Positions 11,229 to 24,004 of a stretch of 64,000 nt of DNA are shown here, in pieces; positions within the stretch are counted from its first letter, which is position 1; each line of letters begins with the position of its first letter. The stretch comes from Octopus sinensis (lineage: Eukaryota), in assembly GCF_006345805.1 (NCBI RefSeq), contig NC_043006.1, positions 62,930,001 through 62,994,000 on the forward strand, given 5' to 3'. The notes under the pieces are model-generated. The model saw only the letters and a list, made by a program, of their open reading frames with translations. It searched no databases and was not told the DNA's origin. Both the position numbers and the translations under genes were made by a program.

Positions 11229-14200
11229 TATTGAAATTATTCGTACGAGAAATTGATAAATCCGTTTTCTGTTTTCTGTGTTTGAATTCTCATAAATATT
11301 ATTTGAAACGCATCAAGTTTAGAAAATTATTCATTCTACTATTAGTTCGTTTATGCAAAGAAAATGACACAGATTCTCTTTTAACAGGAAGTTTCTGTGA
11401 ATTACAAGTGTTATATATGAGAGGACATTTACACAAGTTTCCACATATAAATGGTAGTAATTTTTCCATATCGATGTTCGATAAGCTGAAGAAAGTTATT
11501 TTATTGTTCACGGTTTGCAACAGGGTTTGCAATGTTAGCGAATAAAAATACAGATTTAGGGAATGGAGGAGGTAATATCCAGGCTACATGTTTCCTAGCT
11601 AGCAGACCCTCAGAAGTAGTAACTACTCAATGAGAGGTACTCCACTAGCTACTCATCAGGCCGAAGATACCTTTGTTAAATGAAGGTTACATAGTCGTCA
11701 AGGAATTCCAAGTTATAACTCGCAGAGATTTGATCGAAAAAGAGTGGAAAACACGGGATGAGAGAACACAATAGGCATGAAGAAATCATATATGAGAGTG
11801 GACAAATGTTTAAGTTGTTAAGAAAAAGAATAAGAATAAAGAAAAGGAGATGGGGGAAGAGTAGGTGGAAATTTGGTAAGAATGTGCATATAGGCTGGGG
11901 CCATTTACTATGTCAACTGTAAATATATCAGTAAATATATTGTGGCACTCTGTATATCAGAAGAATAATACAGGGGAGAATGCCAAGAGGGTAGAAAGAA
12001 AAAGATTAGGAGTGGTAGTAAGTGGGAATTTGTTAGAAGAGGGGGAGAAAGAGAGGGAGGTGGAAGATAATGTTTCTGGTCATAGGGGACATAGAATTTC
12101 TAGGTAAGTTGGTAGTTTATCACTTAGTAGTAAAACTATAAAAAACATATTGGCGCGCATGCATACTCCATTTTGCGTCGTAACACTGAACTTTCGCCAG
12201 TCAGTATTTATAGAATTTACCATAGGAATCAGTGGTTGATTACACAAAATGGCAATGTGAAAATTTTAAAATAATTAACGTTAGCTGGCTGAATGCTAAG
12301 CATACCTCACAAACTATCTATAAGAGCATCGTAGAGCGATCTACGCCATTCCTCAATATTAATGGATCAAGGAAGTACATGTTTTACTAACATAACTCAA
12401 ATCTCATTGAAAGCTAAGAATTCAATTGATCTACAAAATTCGAGAACTGAAAGCTTCATAAGTTGCCGTTATCTCGAGAAATATCTGCTATGAAACCATA
12501 GATCACCACCCGTTACAAGTTTGCCATACTGTCTTGCAAACTTTAGCTATTCTGTATCGGACTAATCCCACCAACCATAGTTAATTCCCCTTCTAACAGA
12601 CCAATAGGACAGGACTCATATCACTGCCCTCCAAGCTGTCTTTTTCTAGTAATTTTTTGTTCTCTATCGTTTTTTCTCAGAGATCAGCCATTTTTATTTT
12701 GAGCCTGAACTATTGCTTATCAAATGATATTTATCTCTCTTTGGATGGGTAGTTTTTGTTGATTCTACCAACAACGGAACAGTATACTGTATGTGTATGT
12801 GTGTGTGTGTATTACATCTGTCTTATGTAAAGCTCGTCATACATACACACACAAGCGCATTTGTCTGTGAGTATGTGAACGTATATATGTGTGTGGGTGT
12901 ACACACATACACTCACATATATTTATGCTTGTATTACGTACGTACCTATGTATGTATATATGTGTGCTGGCATATGTTTGTGTGTGACAGAGGAAGAAGG
13001 AGAGGAAAGTAAAGAGTAAAATTTTATATAAGAGTTCATTTAAATAAAAACATCTGCTGCTTTCAATATTCATTGCTTTCTAAAGCTTCCCTTACGTCAA
13101 ATACTAACCGTGATAGTTTTCAGGTGACAAATTTAAATTATTCAATAAAACGTGAGAGAAAAGCATCTCGAGGGGATTAATATATGTTGTTCTGCATTTT
13201 TATTCTCGATATTACGCCGCTGACTATTGATAACAAGATACACTATATTATTTTGATATCATAAGGAATATATTATAGTAATATCATAATGGTTTTATCT
13301 TTACACGTGTGTTTGTGTATGTGTGTGTGCATGAGTGCGTGTGTGTGTGTGTGTGTGTGTGTGTCTGTCTGTGTCTGTGTGTGACAGCAAAAAGCTGAGT
13401 TGTTATTGTTTGACGAAAGATTAAGTATGATCAAGTAAATATCACGCTACAAAGCCGTAACTTATGGAAGATGTTAGTAAAACCGAGTTTCTAAATTAAA
13501 CATCGACCAATATGCAATGTTGGATCCAGTGAAGTTGATGATCTAGCCACTGTCAAAAGTGGAGAATTCAACGCTGAGTGTACAACGATACTTAAGTTGT
13601 GAACCTATACTTTAGGAAACGGAAGACTTCAAGAGGAAAAATAGTCAATATATTATATATATATTATATTATACTAAGCAATAAAGGGTTTAGCAACGAA
13701 TTGCCTTACCACATACCGAATTTAGAAATAGCAGTCAAAGAGTTATAGCTATTTCTTCTACTAAAAAGGGAGATCTCAGTAAAATATATTATATTATATA
13801 TATATTATATTATATATATATTATATATATATTATATATATGTGTGTATGCATGTGAGCTTCAAAGGCACGTACTCTACTGTATAAGGTGATGGACTGGC
13901 TAACTCGTGATATGGAGCAAGTTAGTTCGTTTTATGTTGCTCCAGTCTGCTTAGCAGAAAATAGATGAGTTCCATGCCTGTGCAACTATCGCCCAATTTA
14001 TCACATCATCATTGTTTCTCAGGGTGTGGGAGGAATGACAGAATGTCCATGTCTTCTTGTGTCTACACAGGAACCTAAGGCAGTTAACGAAAGCAGGGTG
14101 CAAACTACCATGTCACACGCGATTGTCACATATATGTACCGAAACTGATTGGGACGAGGAAAATACAGGAAGAGACGCAAAACCACAGAAAAAGAACAAT

Positions 14201-14699
14201 ATTCATCCATACAGTGGAGAGGAAAAGACAAAAGCTGCAAAGCTAAAAAACACCCAAAACAGACACTACGTCACCATCACTTCCACAAACACCTGAAACA
14301 CTACTTCAACCAACACCACCACAAACACAACCCATCCCACATAGACAAGAACAAAACAACAGCAGCAGCAGCAAATACAAAGTAAAAGCAGTACCATTAT
14401 AAACTACATAGCAATTACCTCAAAGCACGCAGATCTCATGAATTACATAAAAACCAACACCAACACAACACAAACAGATTTTGTGACACCCAGTACCCCT
14501 ACCTACACACATACAAATATTTCAAACGACACAAGACACATACACACACCTAAAAATCACATTCCCGCAGGAAATCGGAGATTTTCTAGGGAACATCACT
14601 AAGAGAACACTTGGTGATTTGTTGGTGGAAATACCTCACTCTAACAGGAGGGACGGCTAAACTGTTCCTCCAAACAAAACCAAATAAGTTATTGTTTTG

Positions 14700-14960
14700 A
14701 TTCCTATTCCTTTTCCAACATGGTTTTACATACCACCCTCAGCTGTTTCCTCTGCTTCGATACAATCCTTCCCTTAGCCTATTCCTGTGGACAACTACAG
14801 CCTATCGGCGTCATTCTTAGGGTGGAAGGCGCTATGAACTGTCAATATTTTTCTTGTCTTCGTATCCATTTTCATCAGTCCTTTCTTTTGACAGTTTATG
14901 ATTCCAGCTCCATCCCGAATGATGCTATGGCCCATGTATTAACGGCTTGGATTCTTATTA
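14700..14960 (-). mobile_element. R4/Dong-clade non-LTR retrotransposon fragment (RT C-terminal region)
   Basis: Minus strand gives INTWA.../GAGIINCQKKGLMKMDTKTRKILTVHSAFHPKNDADRL, matching the R4-clade motif 'KTRKILT.HGA.HPKSDVDRLY'. Confidence 0.7.
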
Positions 14961-16389
14961 TTACTATCATTATTGTCATTACTATCAAGAGTTTTAATGG
15001 TGTTACTACGGTTGCTTTTATTACTATTAATATTTCTAGTATAATTCCTATTCATCATATTATCATTGCTTCCAGTAACAATATAATTATGGGCATTAGC
15101 GTTACTACTATTATTATTGATCTCTTAATAGCATATAGGGCCTCCATAGCTCTTACAATTTTCAACATTCCCTTGTTAATCACAATTATTTTAAATTCCT
15201 AGGTATTGCTTTAGCTACTGAGCCTGTGTGATTTTAATTGATATTTTTCTAAATATTATGGCGACTGTTGTGATTGGAAAACGTTAAGAAATCGTTTTCG
15301 GTTTATCTCACGAATTTATCAGTTCTGCTTTTCTTTCTTAATTAAGCTCTGGCCTTTCAACTAATAGATACTTTGCAACTTATCAACTTATATATATACA
15401 TATTTTGCTGCTCAACCAACATAAATGAAACGATTTATAAATATATATCTTTAAGTTAACACGGTTCATTATATATACAAATTACATTATTCTAAAGTAC
15501 ACATTTATGTAATTGTCCATGCTATTGCATGGGCCACTTTCCCTCTATCTACTTGATTCATCTAATTTACCTTTTCCACTTTATCCTTCTTTACTTTCCC
15601 TATCTTCCAGAATTTCACAGAGAACTTAGCTGATCTGCGGTTTTGTACTAAATTATTGTCCCTTGGTGGATTTCCATTCAGTGATGCTAATATTCTATTC
15701 ATTTGCTGAACAAGTTTATCAAGATTAATTAAGTGAATGAATAACTAACGTTCCCTTTGAAGTAATGTTATACAATAATAATTTTAGAGCAGCGTCGGCA
15801 GCTGACTTTGAGCGTGTTTTGGTAGAGTCAAATGTCATGCTTTGCGCCTATTATCTGCTGTATTCAAATAAGTTCTGACACTACTGGCCTTTGATATCAA
15901 TGCCTCTCTTTATATTTGCGACTTTATTCCACCGCCTTAAATTTATTAAATTTAGTAATTCTGATTAGAAATATCACTTGTTGATTAACCAAGAAGTTAC
16001 AGCTCAATCATTTTCTTTGGTAGCCTGCTGCGTTGGGAGTTATCTAACATATTACACAATGTATCTAATTGCATTATGCTTGTCACAATAAAGACTCCTA
16101 CTGAAATGATTGTAGCAATACAACATAACTTATTTGCCTGTTTTTATCTATGTTATGTCTTTATACCACGCTTCAGTTTCCATTTATCGTTGGATACTTT
16201 TGGATACTATTGTAACTGTGGATTGCCTAAAACGGAACTTTAATACGATGCATTCCGTATTAAAATGATCAATTAACTGTCTGATTTGCGTTATTCTGCC
16301 TAGCTAATTTGATATGCCTTGATCGTTTATAGAGTCTCATATGTGTGTGTGTCTCTGTGTGTTTGTGTGTTCGAGAAAGAGAGAGCGAG

Positions 16390-16500
16390 TGAGAGATATC
16401 TACCAAATAACGAAAATGAAAAGAAAAATATCTTATGTATCTGAAACTAGTTTCAAAGAAAGATGTGCCAACCACCAATCTTCTTTCCAGCACGTGGACG
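16390..16500 (+). mobile_element. Penelope-like GIY-YIG endonuclease fragment
   Basis: KISYVSETSFKERCANHQSSFQH resembles the PLE motif YIG.TE.TFKERY.NHK.SFRH. Confidence 0.55.
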
Positions 16501-16565
16501 AAAAGATAGATAGATGGACGGATAGATAGATAGATACAAAGACAGACAGACAGGCAGACAGATGA

Positions 16566-16659
<94 letters not shown>

Positions 16660-16859
16660 TGTAGTGGATGCATAAAAATAAAATGTTTCACAGATCTATA
16701 TTTAAGAGATGACGAATTATGTACATTATTTACATTTGACGGATATTTGTCCTCATTTTTGTTGTTGACACAACGTTCCAGCTGATATACCCACCCAGCC
16801 TTCATCAGGTGTCTTGGGGAAATTTCGAACCCGGGTTCTCATTCCAAGGGTATTTGTCG

Positions 16860-16970
16860 CTGTTGTTGTTCTTCTTTTCCTTCTTTTCCTTCTTTTCTTC
16901 TTCTTCTTCTTCTTCTTCTTCTTCTTCTTCTTCTTCTTCTTCTTCTTCTTCTTCTTCTTCTTCATCATCA

Positions 16971-17031
<61 letters not shown>

Positions 17032-17062
17032 TTTATTTTTATTGTTATTATTATTATTATTA

Positions 17063-17094
<32 letters not shown>

Positions 17095-17125
17095 GTTGTT
17101 GTTGTTGTTGTTGTTATTGTTATTC
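16860..17125. repeat. Compound (TTC)n(TTA)n(TTG)n microsatellite
   Basis: Seen directly in the sequence. Confidence 0.95.
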
Positions 17126-17256
17126 TGGTCACTGCCTGGAATCGAACTCGGATTCCAAGTTCGATTCCAGGCAGTGACCTGAATAATAATAAGAAGAAGA
17201 AGAACTACATCGAAAAATACCTTAGGAATGAGAACCCAGGTTCGAAGTTTCCCCAA

Positions 17257-17302
17257 GACACCTGAAGAAGGCTGGAGAGTATATCAGCCGAAACGTTGTG
17301 TT
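17257..17302 (+). ncRNA. Minimal type I hammerhead ribozyme motif (PLE type)
   Basis: GACAC CTGAAGA A GGCTG-gagagtatat-CAGCC GAAA CG TT GTGTT. The inverted copy at 16767-16813 has GGAA instead of GAAA. Confidence 0.75.
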
Positions 17303-17708
17303 AACAGCATAAAAGATGAGGACAAATATCCGTCAAATGTAAATAATGAACAAAATGTTTCTTTAGTTTCACATCAATTAGGAGTTGAATGTTTATGTAA
17401 AAGCTTAAGAACTGATAAATATTCATGCAATATATTTCATCATTCTGAAGTTACATTTCCACAAATGTACTACCTTCGATTTGGATCCATGTAAATATAT
17501 AGCGTACAGATATGTACAGAGAACAAATATAAAGGTTGCGGTGGAAATAAGGGAGAGTTAATGAAATCGTATTATGACTTGGCTGGAAAATTGAACATAT
17601 GGTGTTTCCCAATTATATATATATATATAATTATAGTAAGTCTTATTAACGTGACGTTTGAAAACACTATCGAAAAGATATAAGTATTCGATTGAGATAT
17701 TTCATCCA

Positions 17709-17780
<72 letters not shown>

Positions 17781-17799
17781 AATAATAATAATAATAATA

Positions 17800-17833
<34 letters not shown>

Positions 17834-17835
<2 letters not shown>

Positions 17836-18172
17836 CAACGTGTCTCTAAAAGAAATGGAGAAACTCTCAAAATACAAAGACCTGGAAATAGAGGTAACTA
17901 GAATGTGAAATCTGAAAACAGAAACAATTCCTATCATAGTAGGTGCATTAGGCATGATAAAAAAATATTCAGACAAATACATAACAAAAACACTAGGACT
18001 TACAAACACATATAACATACAGAAAATTGCACTACTAGGCACTGCACACATCCTACGCAGAACACTTTCCATACAATAACCATCAGAGCATCACAACAAA
18101 TCACAGCACATACCCAGGCACACAGAGCTGCGCTCGGTAGTGAAGTGAAAGCACGCTATAAAAATAAAACTA

Positions 18173-18175
<3 letters not shown>
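17834..18175 (+). mobile_element. R4/Dong-clade LINE 3' end embedded in (TAA)n
   Basis: DNVSLKEMEKLSKYKDLEIEVTRM*NLKTETIPIIVGALGMIKK...IQKIALLGTAHILRRTLSIQ* (REL endonuclease C-terminus), then 3' UTR. (TAA)n on both sides. Confidence 0.9.
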
Positions 18176-18233
<58 letters not shown>

Positions 18234-18242
18234 GTAATAGTA

Positions 18243-18318
<76 letters not shown>

Positions 18319-19359
18319 TAATGATAATAATAATAATAATTATTATTATTATAACAAAATTATAATATATTTAAACTTTTATAGACATGTTCAAAATACG
18401 TCTATCTGCCCGCCTGTTTTGCAGCTAAATATCAGTTCAGTTACTTCCGGAGAACCGGAAATACATTCTTTCTTTCTTGGTCAATTGAACACATAGCATC
18501 CACTAATGAAAAATTTTGATCATAGTTCTTACTTACCTTTTGTTATGACGTAAGCTAAATTGAGAACAACAAAATTGGAAATCTATATTCTTTCTTCGAA
18601 CTAACAGGCCAGACATAATGCAGTCATTATTACAATAGTTATGTGGCAATAATACCACACGATTTATTGACAAAAGACCAAAAACACTTTTTAAATTATT
18701 TCTAAGTCGCGAAATGCCAAAATATCATTATTTCAGTTGAGATTGTGCTGAAGTTTTTTTCCTTTTACTCTTTATTATTTTGTAATCACTGTCATTATCA
18801 CGAACGATTCGGTTTTAACTTAACATTATGAAGCTCATTCAAACACCGTTTAGTTTTATAATGTTCTTGTGCATGATTCTATTTCTGTTTTTGCTTACTG
18901 TTTCAACCGCATTTATAGCAGGACAAATTGTCTTTAATTTCTTTGACTGGATGTAATATTTCAGGTTGAATGTAACAATTTACTAATGGATGAAAATTGC
19001 TATATAGACCTCCTTATTGAATATTCTACACATTACTCTCTATAAACAAGAAGTAAATTCAATTTGTTTTGTATTCTTTGTATATCAGTTACTGAAGACA
19101 TCAGATATATTTACTTGTTATCATAAAACCTGCTGCATAATTCTTCACAGTAAGTCTTCCAAGCCTCCTACTTTTGACAGCTGCGTAATTCTCAGAATAC
19201 AATTACGTTTTATAAACTTGCATTATGCACATTCTCAAATATCAGATAAAATCTGAAGCTCCAGTGTGGAAAATAGTACCTAATTATTTTTCTGTTTTTC
19301 ATTTGATAAATGATAAAACCTTTTCTTATTAAATATTCTATAATGTAATATTATTCTCA

Positions 19360-19378
19360 TCATATATTATAAACCATG

Positions 19379-19417
<39 letters not shown>

Positions 19418-20942
19418 TTATAAAGGCCGAAACTTTTAATTGATTTTCTCCAAACTGGGAACATACATTACATATGTTCCAAAATTTTTCACATTATGAG
19501 TAACGGGGCCCGCTGGGGCAGAAAAAGCACGTTCCTTGGTTACGTGGAAAACGGAAGTAACTTATAGTTCACTATAAGATTTCAATCGCCATTTACAAAC
19601 AACAACGACAAATTACTAACAGAAAGATCACAATTACTGATGAAAGTAATTTCATATACAATTCACTGACAGAAGTAACTTTTGCAGCGTTTTGTTCTTT
19701 TTTTTTGTTGACGGAATTACGGACAAAAGTAAGTTCATAATTTACTGACAGAAGTAACTTTAACAATTTCACTTAGATCCGCACACTTAGTTAATTTCCT
19801 TTAAAATTTCTTAGTTACTTTTGCAACGGTTTTGCATTTTTCTGTAGTTAACGGCATTTTTCTGGTTCCTTCAATAATGGCTGTTTGGACCACTAAGTGA
19901 CAAATTACCTTCAACCGTACAGTTTTTTTATTTTCCGTAAACATTTCTTATTTACTGTCTGTCTGTCGTATTAAGAAATATAATTTCCGTTACCCAGTTA
20001 TTTTCATTGTTTACTATCTTCTGCAACCGTGTATTTCTGTATATGACCACGCCTAGAAAGAAAGTGTCAAATTTGTCTACAATGTCAAGATCAGTCAAAA
20101 GAATGTCTCTGTCCAGGAAAAGAGAGGCAGCTGCAGAAAGGAGAGCATACCAAGAAACGAACATGTTGTGCACTACAAAAGCCATACCATCTCAAAGTAA
20201 TGAAGAGAGTATGCACGGCTAACGAGGAATAGGATCACTGCAGAACGAAGAGCAGCTGCAACAGCTCAGAGAAGCAACTTCTATGAAGCAGCTATGAATT
20301 ATGATCCAGCAGTTCACTATGCAGATGACACTTAGAGTTTTTATTGGAGGAATGACAATTGGGAGCATACATTGTAAATCAAGGAAGTGGTCTGAGAGAC
20401 ATCTGCACTGTGCTGCAGTGGTGGAAAGATTAAATTCCGCAATCCCCCAACCTCCAGAGCCACTGAAGAAACTGTTGTCATCAGCTGACCAATATTCCAA
20501 AACAAGATTAGACAATACAAAGCTGCACTACAGATGACATCATTTGGGGTCACAAGAGATTTAACTGAGCCAGGATTCATGCAAACTTTCAAGATCCAAG
20601 GTCAGATTTATCATCGGATTGGCTCTCTACTACTTCTGTCAAATGAATCACCGAAGTCGACATTTCATTGTTTGTAATTTGTACCTGTTTTGTGTTTACG
20701 AAATAATCTACACAAAACATGTTCTGGAATTACATGTATTTACTTTATATACATATATGAGTTGAAAACTTTCTTTTAACATTTTAATTAACGTTTATGT
20801 ATCATGCTGTCATGAGTTGGAGAGTTATTAATGTAGAAAGTTCGTATATCAGCTACTAGCAGGTGAGACCTGCGTAATCTAGATAACATTTTAAAATTTC
20901 ATTATTCTCTTTAACCCAGGCAACGCCGGATATATCTGCTAG
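19360..20942 (+). mobile_element. Internally deleted Helitron with both termini
   Basis: A|TCATATATTATAAA...(GT)n at the 5' end; hairpin cccaggcaacgccgg then CTAG|T at the 3' end. Frameshifted Rep/Hel N-terminus at ~20040-20660: ...PPEPLKKLL...QMTSFG...GFMQTFKIQGQIYHRIGSLL. Confidence 0.88.
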
Positions 20943-21792
20943 TCTATTATATGTTATTAATTTTTACATTCTTATAAGCATCGGGCTTATTATGAATGGA
21001 CAAAGAATTCATGCATTCCACACATGATTACATCCTAAGCAATCGTATACTTCAAAATAGGTGTGCTTCTATTTCAATAACATTCACTGAGTTTGAAGAA
21101 ACTGCTGAGGGATTGCATATGATGATTATTTACAACAAATAAACGCAAATATATTTTCTTGGCTATATTGATTCTTTGTTGATATTTTATGCTATTCTGC
21201 TTTAGTGGACAAACTTAACGGTCGTATACAACTTTATAAAGTTTGTAACATGCATAGCAGACATATTAGGAAAATAAGAATTTCTTTAAGAACTTAAAAC
21301 TGTTTGATTCGTGTCGCTAAGACTTTGATTTCGATCATTTTAGATTCATAACACTTATTTCCGGTGATAGAATCAGCTTTCTACTCGGGAAATAGGAAGA
21401 AATCATACCAAATGAGGAAAACATGTTCTTTCAATCTTGAGGAGAAAACAGATTTTAAAGTCAAATTCTCTCAAACAATCATAATATCCCTTCAACAAGA
21501 ACTTCTATTTTACATTACATCATTCAAAATGATATTTTACAGTGAGGAGACAAAATAAATATATATTTATGTTCATTATTGTCGAGAAATGATATTTAGA
21601 TTATAGTATTGGTGATGTCATGTTTAATATTATGATTTACGTTTGCAAGGTATAAACTGGCATTGTAAAGAAATTATTGTGATGTAAGATGTATTTCCGT
21701 TTATAGATATAAGTTCTTAAAGTAGAAATGTCCATGTTTATTAAACTGTAACTTTTTTATTTTATTTTTTGCAGAATATACATTATTCAGTG

Positions 21793-21834
21793 ATGGCAGT
21801 TTGGGGGCATCTCACATCTACTGAAAGCTACTAA
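21793..21834 (+). promoter_or_regulatory. 13-codon uORF (MAVWGHLTSTESY*) in the GPCR 5' UTR
   Basis: ATG in GtgATGG context, stop at 21832-21834. Lies downstream of the candidate acceptor ttatttttt-gcAG|21775. Confidence 0.5.
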
Positions 21835-21920
21835 GTGTATAGCCATACTCCCTCTAAGCTATACAAACTCACCAAAAAAGAAGTAAGAAAAATATTGATT
21901 TGCAAAAGCAAAGCAAAATC

Positions 21921-22644
21921 ATGTACAGATACGGATTGAAACACATTTCCTTAGTGCCCCTAATGTGCACTTATATTTTACTTATTTTGATAATTGGAAC
22001 AACATTTTCTCTGGCTTTTGAAAATTCTGTGACCGAAGCATCAGTCAGAAACACAACGGTAGAGGGCTATTACACATATCAATATTTAGACCTGAATGCA
22101 ACAGACGATGATATAAATGAGTATGGAACATCTGATGGAGGAAAAAATGAAGGGAATGATGTTGCTGGCTCTGTCGATGACGATGACGATATTGTTTCTA
22201 AATTTCTCAGTCTTGTCGAAGAATATAAGAAGAATAAGAAAAACTGCACGAAAGGTACATCATATAATCTTGGTGCGGGTGTAGTACGTCAGTATGGTTT
22301 AAACAGGTTCAAAAAGCAAGCAGATGTAGCCTTAAGCAGAGCTAACCTCCTTACAAGACTTTGGAAGAATGACCCATCAGGTTTGATGGATTCAGAGTTC
22401 CTTCTATATTCCAGTGTAAGAAATATGGTCGAAGGTGACCCTGATATGTTTGCAGCTGGAAATTGTTATAACGTCAATGAATACAAGGATTATTACTTAT
22501 TCTGTCCTTACGCTTATATCATGCCTGATGGACGTATCAACGTGAAAGATTTGTCAGTTGAATACGATTACTATACAAACGATTGGTTTTACAACTGCAG
22601 AGTAAGTGCTAATAAACGAATACAAACAGCAAATTACACAGTTG
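21921..22644 (+). CDS. First coding exon of a class C GPCR, GPR158/GPR179/CG31760 family (signal peptide + Cache-type ectodomain N-terminal part)
   Basis: In-frame stop at 21855 then ATG at 21921. Hydrophobic signal ILLILIIGTTFSLA. Motifs NCTKGTSYNLGAGVVRQYGLNRF, RANLLTRLWK, SEFLLY, FAAGNCY, YLFCPYAY, VKDLSVEY recalled from invertebrate CG31760-like receptors. Phase-1 donor G|GTAAGT at 22644/22645. Confidence 0.92.
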
Positions 22645-23971
22645 GTAAGTAGATTTATGTTATTATTTTGTTTACTATTTATCAGAATCAAATAGATCTG
22701 AGACAGGTATCTAATGCTGAAGACTTGTTATTTTTTTCATTTGAAATTTAGATTGTAAGAATTCTACCGTTTACTTCCGTAGAATAATGTTGCACATGTT
22801 CCTTAATAATGTGGAAAAAAAACGAAACTTCATCTCATCTAGTTGTGAGATTTGATTGAATGAGTCAAACACTAAAATGCGAAATTGCTTTCTACATAAT
22901 GACTGTAATATTAGGTTGTCCCAAGAGTTCGTAAACACTTGCGAAAATTGAATTTTTACTCGCCAAGTACGAACAAAAACAACAAAAATTATTCCTCAAA
23001 ATAAAGGCCGTTATTTTCCAAGACTTTCTACGAACTCTTGGGACAACCTTATATTTCACTCTGATTTTACATAAATTATATATGTTTAATATATTTTCAT
23101 ACAAACATTCTTTTTCCTTTATTGTTTTTTTCGTTTGCTTCTTTTTCAGTTTCAGTCATTAGACTATAGATATGCCAAGGCATCTCCTTATGAAATGGTC
23201 GATTATACCGATAGCGATTGGTATTTAACCAACATAAGGGCACTGAAATAGAAAGTACAAAAGGGCATTCAGAGTCATTTGAATTAAGGATATTAGGGCA
23301 AACAAGTAACACAATGTGTTTTCCCATGCTCTAATAATTCTGTTATGTCTATCCGTCCCTTTTGGCTTGAATTGATTTTTCAACTTTTAGGTTTCTTTCT
23401 ATTAAGACACTTCTCTAAAAGCTAAATACGGAGAAGTAGTTGCTAGTAGGCGGCTACAGAGAAACGAACAGTGACCAATTCAGATATCAGTTAAGTGCTC
23501 TATATCATTAAACCACATGCTCGCAACATTTTCCCGTCATCTAGGAGTATTTACCCAAATTTTTAAGCTGTTATCACAGCTATCCCAGGTTCAAAATTTA
23601 CTTTATTTTTTTTTTGTAAAATACCAACCCACTCGACGCCTTTAAGTTTATTTATAAACTATTGCTCTCTCTCTCTCCCTCTCCCTCCTTCTCTATGTGT
23701 CTCTCACTCACACTCTCTCAATATATATATACACTAATAACAATATATGGATTCTGGTTCGCTCACTACAACTGTTTCAGACGTGTTTTTGTGGATGAAT
23801 AGAATCATTACATCATGCAAAAAAAAAAACTGTTTTCACCAAGTGAATGCGATAGCAATTTCCGTGACCCGACCACGTGCTTTCCTACTTAAAGATGTGA
23901 CTCACTTGAAATCTGAACTTTCATATAACTACACACACACGCACGCACACACACACACACAACACACACAC

Positions 23972-24004
<33 letters not shown>

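Larger units (their letters stand above)
16691..17348. mobile_element. Fold-back of a Penelope-type pLTR / non-autonomous PLE with hammerhead motifs
   Basis: 16724-16860 is the reverse complement of ~17205-17348. Centre hairpin at 17127-17179. Only the left arm has a 33-nt tail (16691-16723). Confidence 0.75.

Noticed and set aside
13102-13123. TACTAAC branch-point-like motif followed by TTTTCAG: a possible 5' UTR exon.
   Set aside because: Short spacing, an intervening AG, and no supportable donor.
14057-14560. A/C-rich stretch that might be a LINE ORF1 remnant.
   Set aside because: No recognisable zinc knuckle or other motif; low complexity with stops.
18452-18552. Paired ETS-like CCGGAA motifs, TGACGTAA, and a minus-strand AG|GTAAGT.
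   Set aside because: Short motifs of this kind are expected by chance in 64 kb; a promoter or antisense exon cannot be supported.
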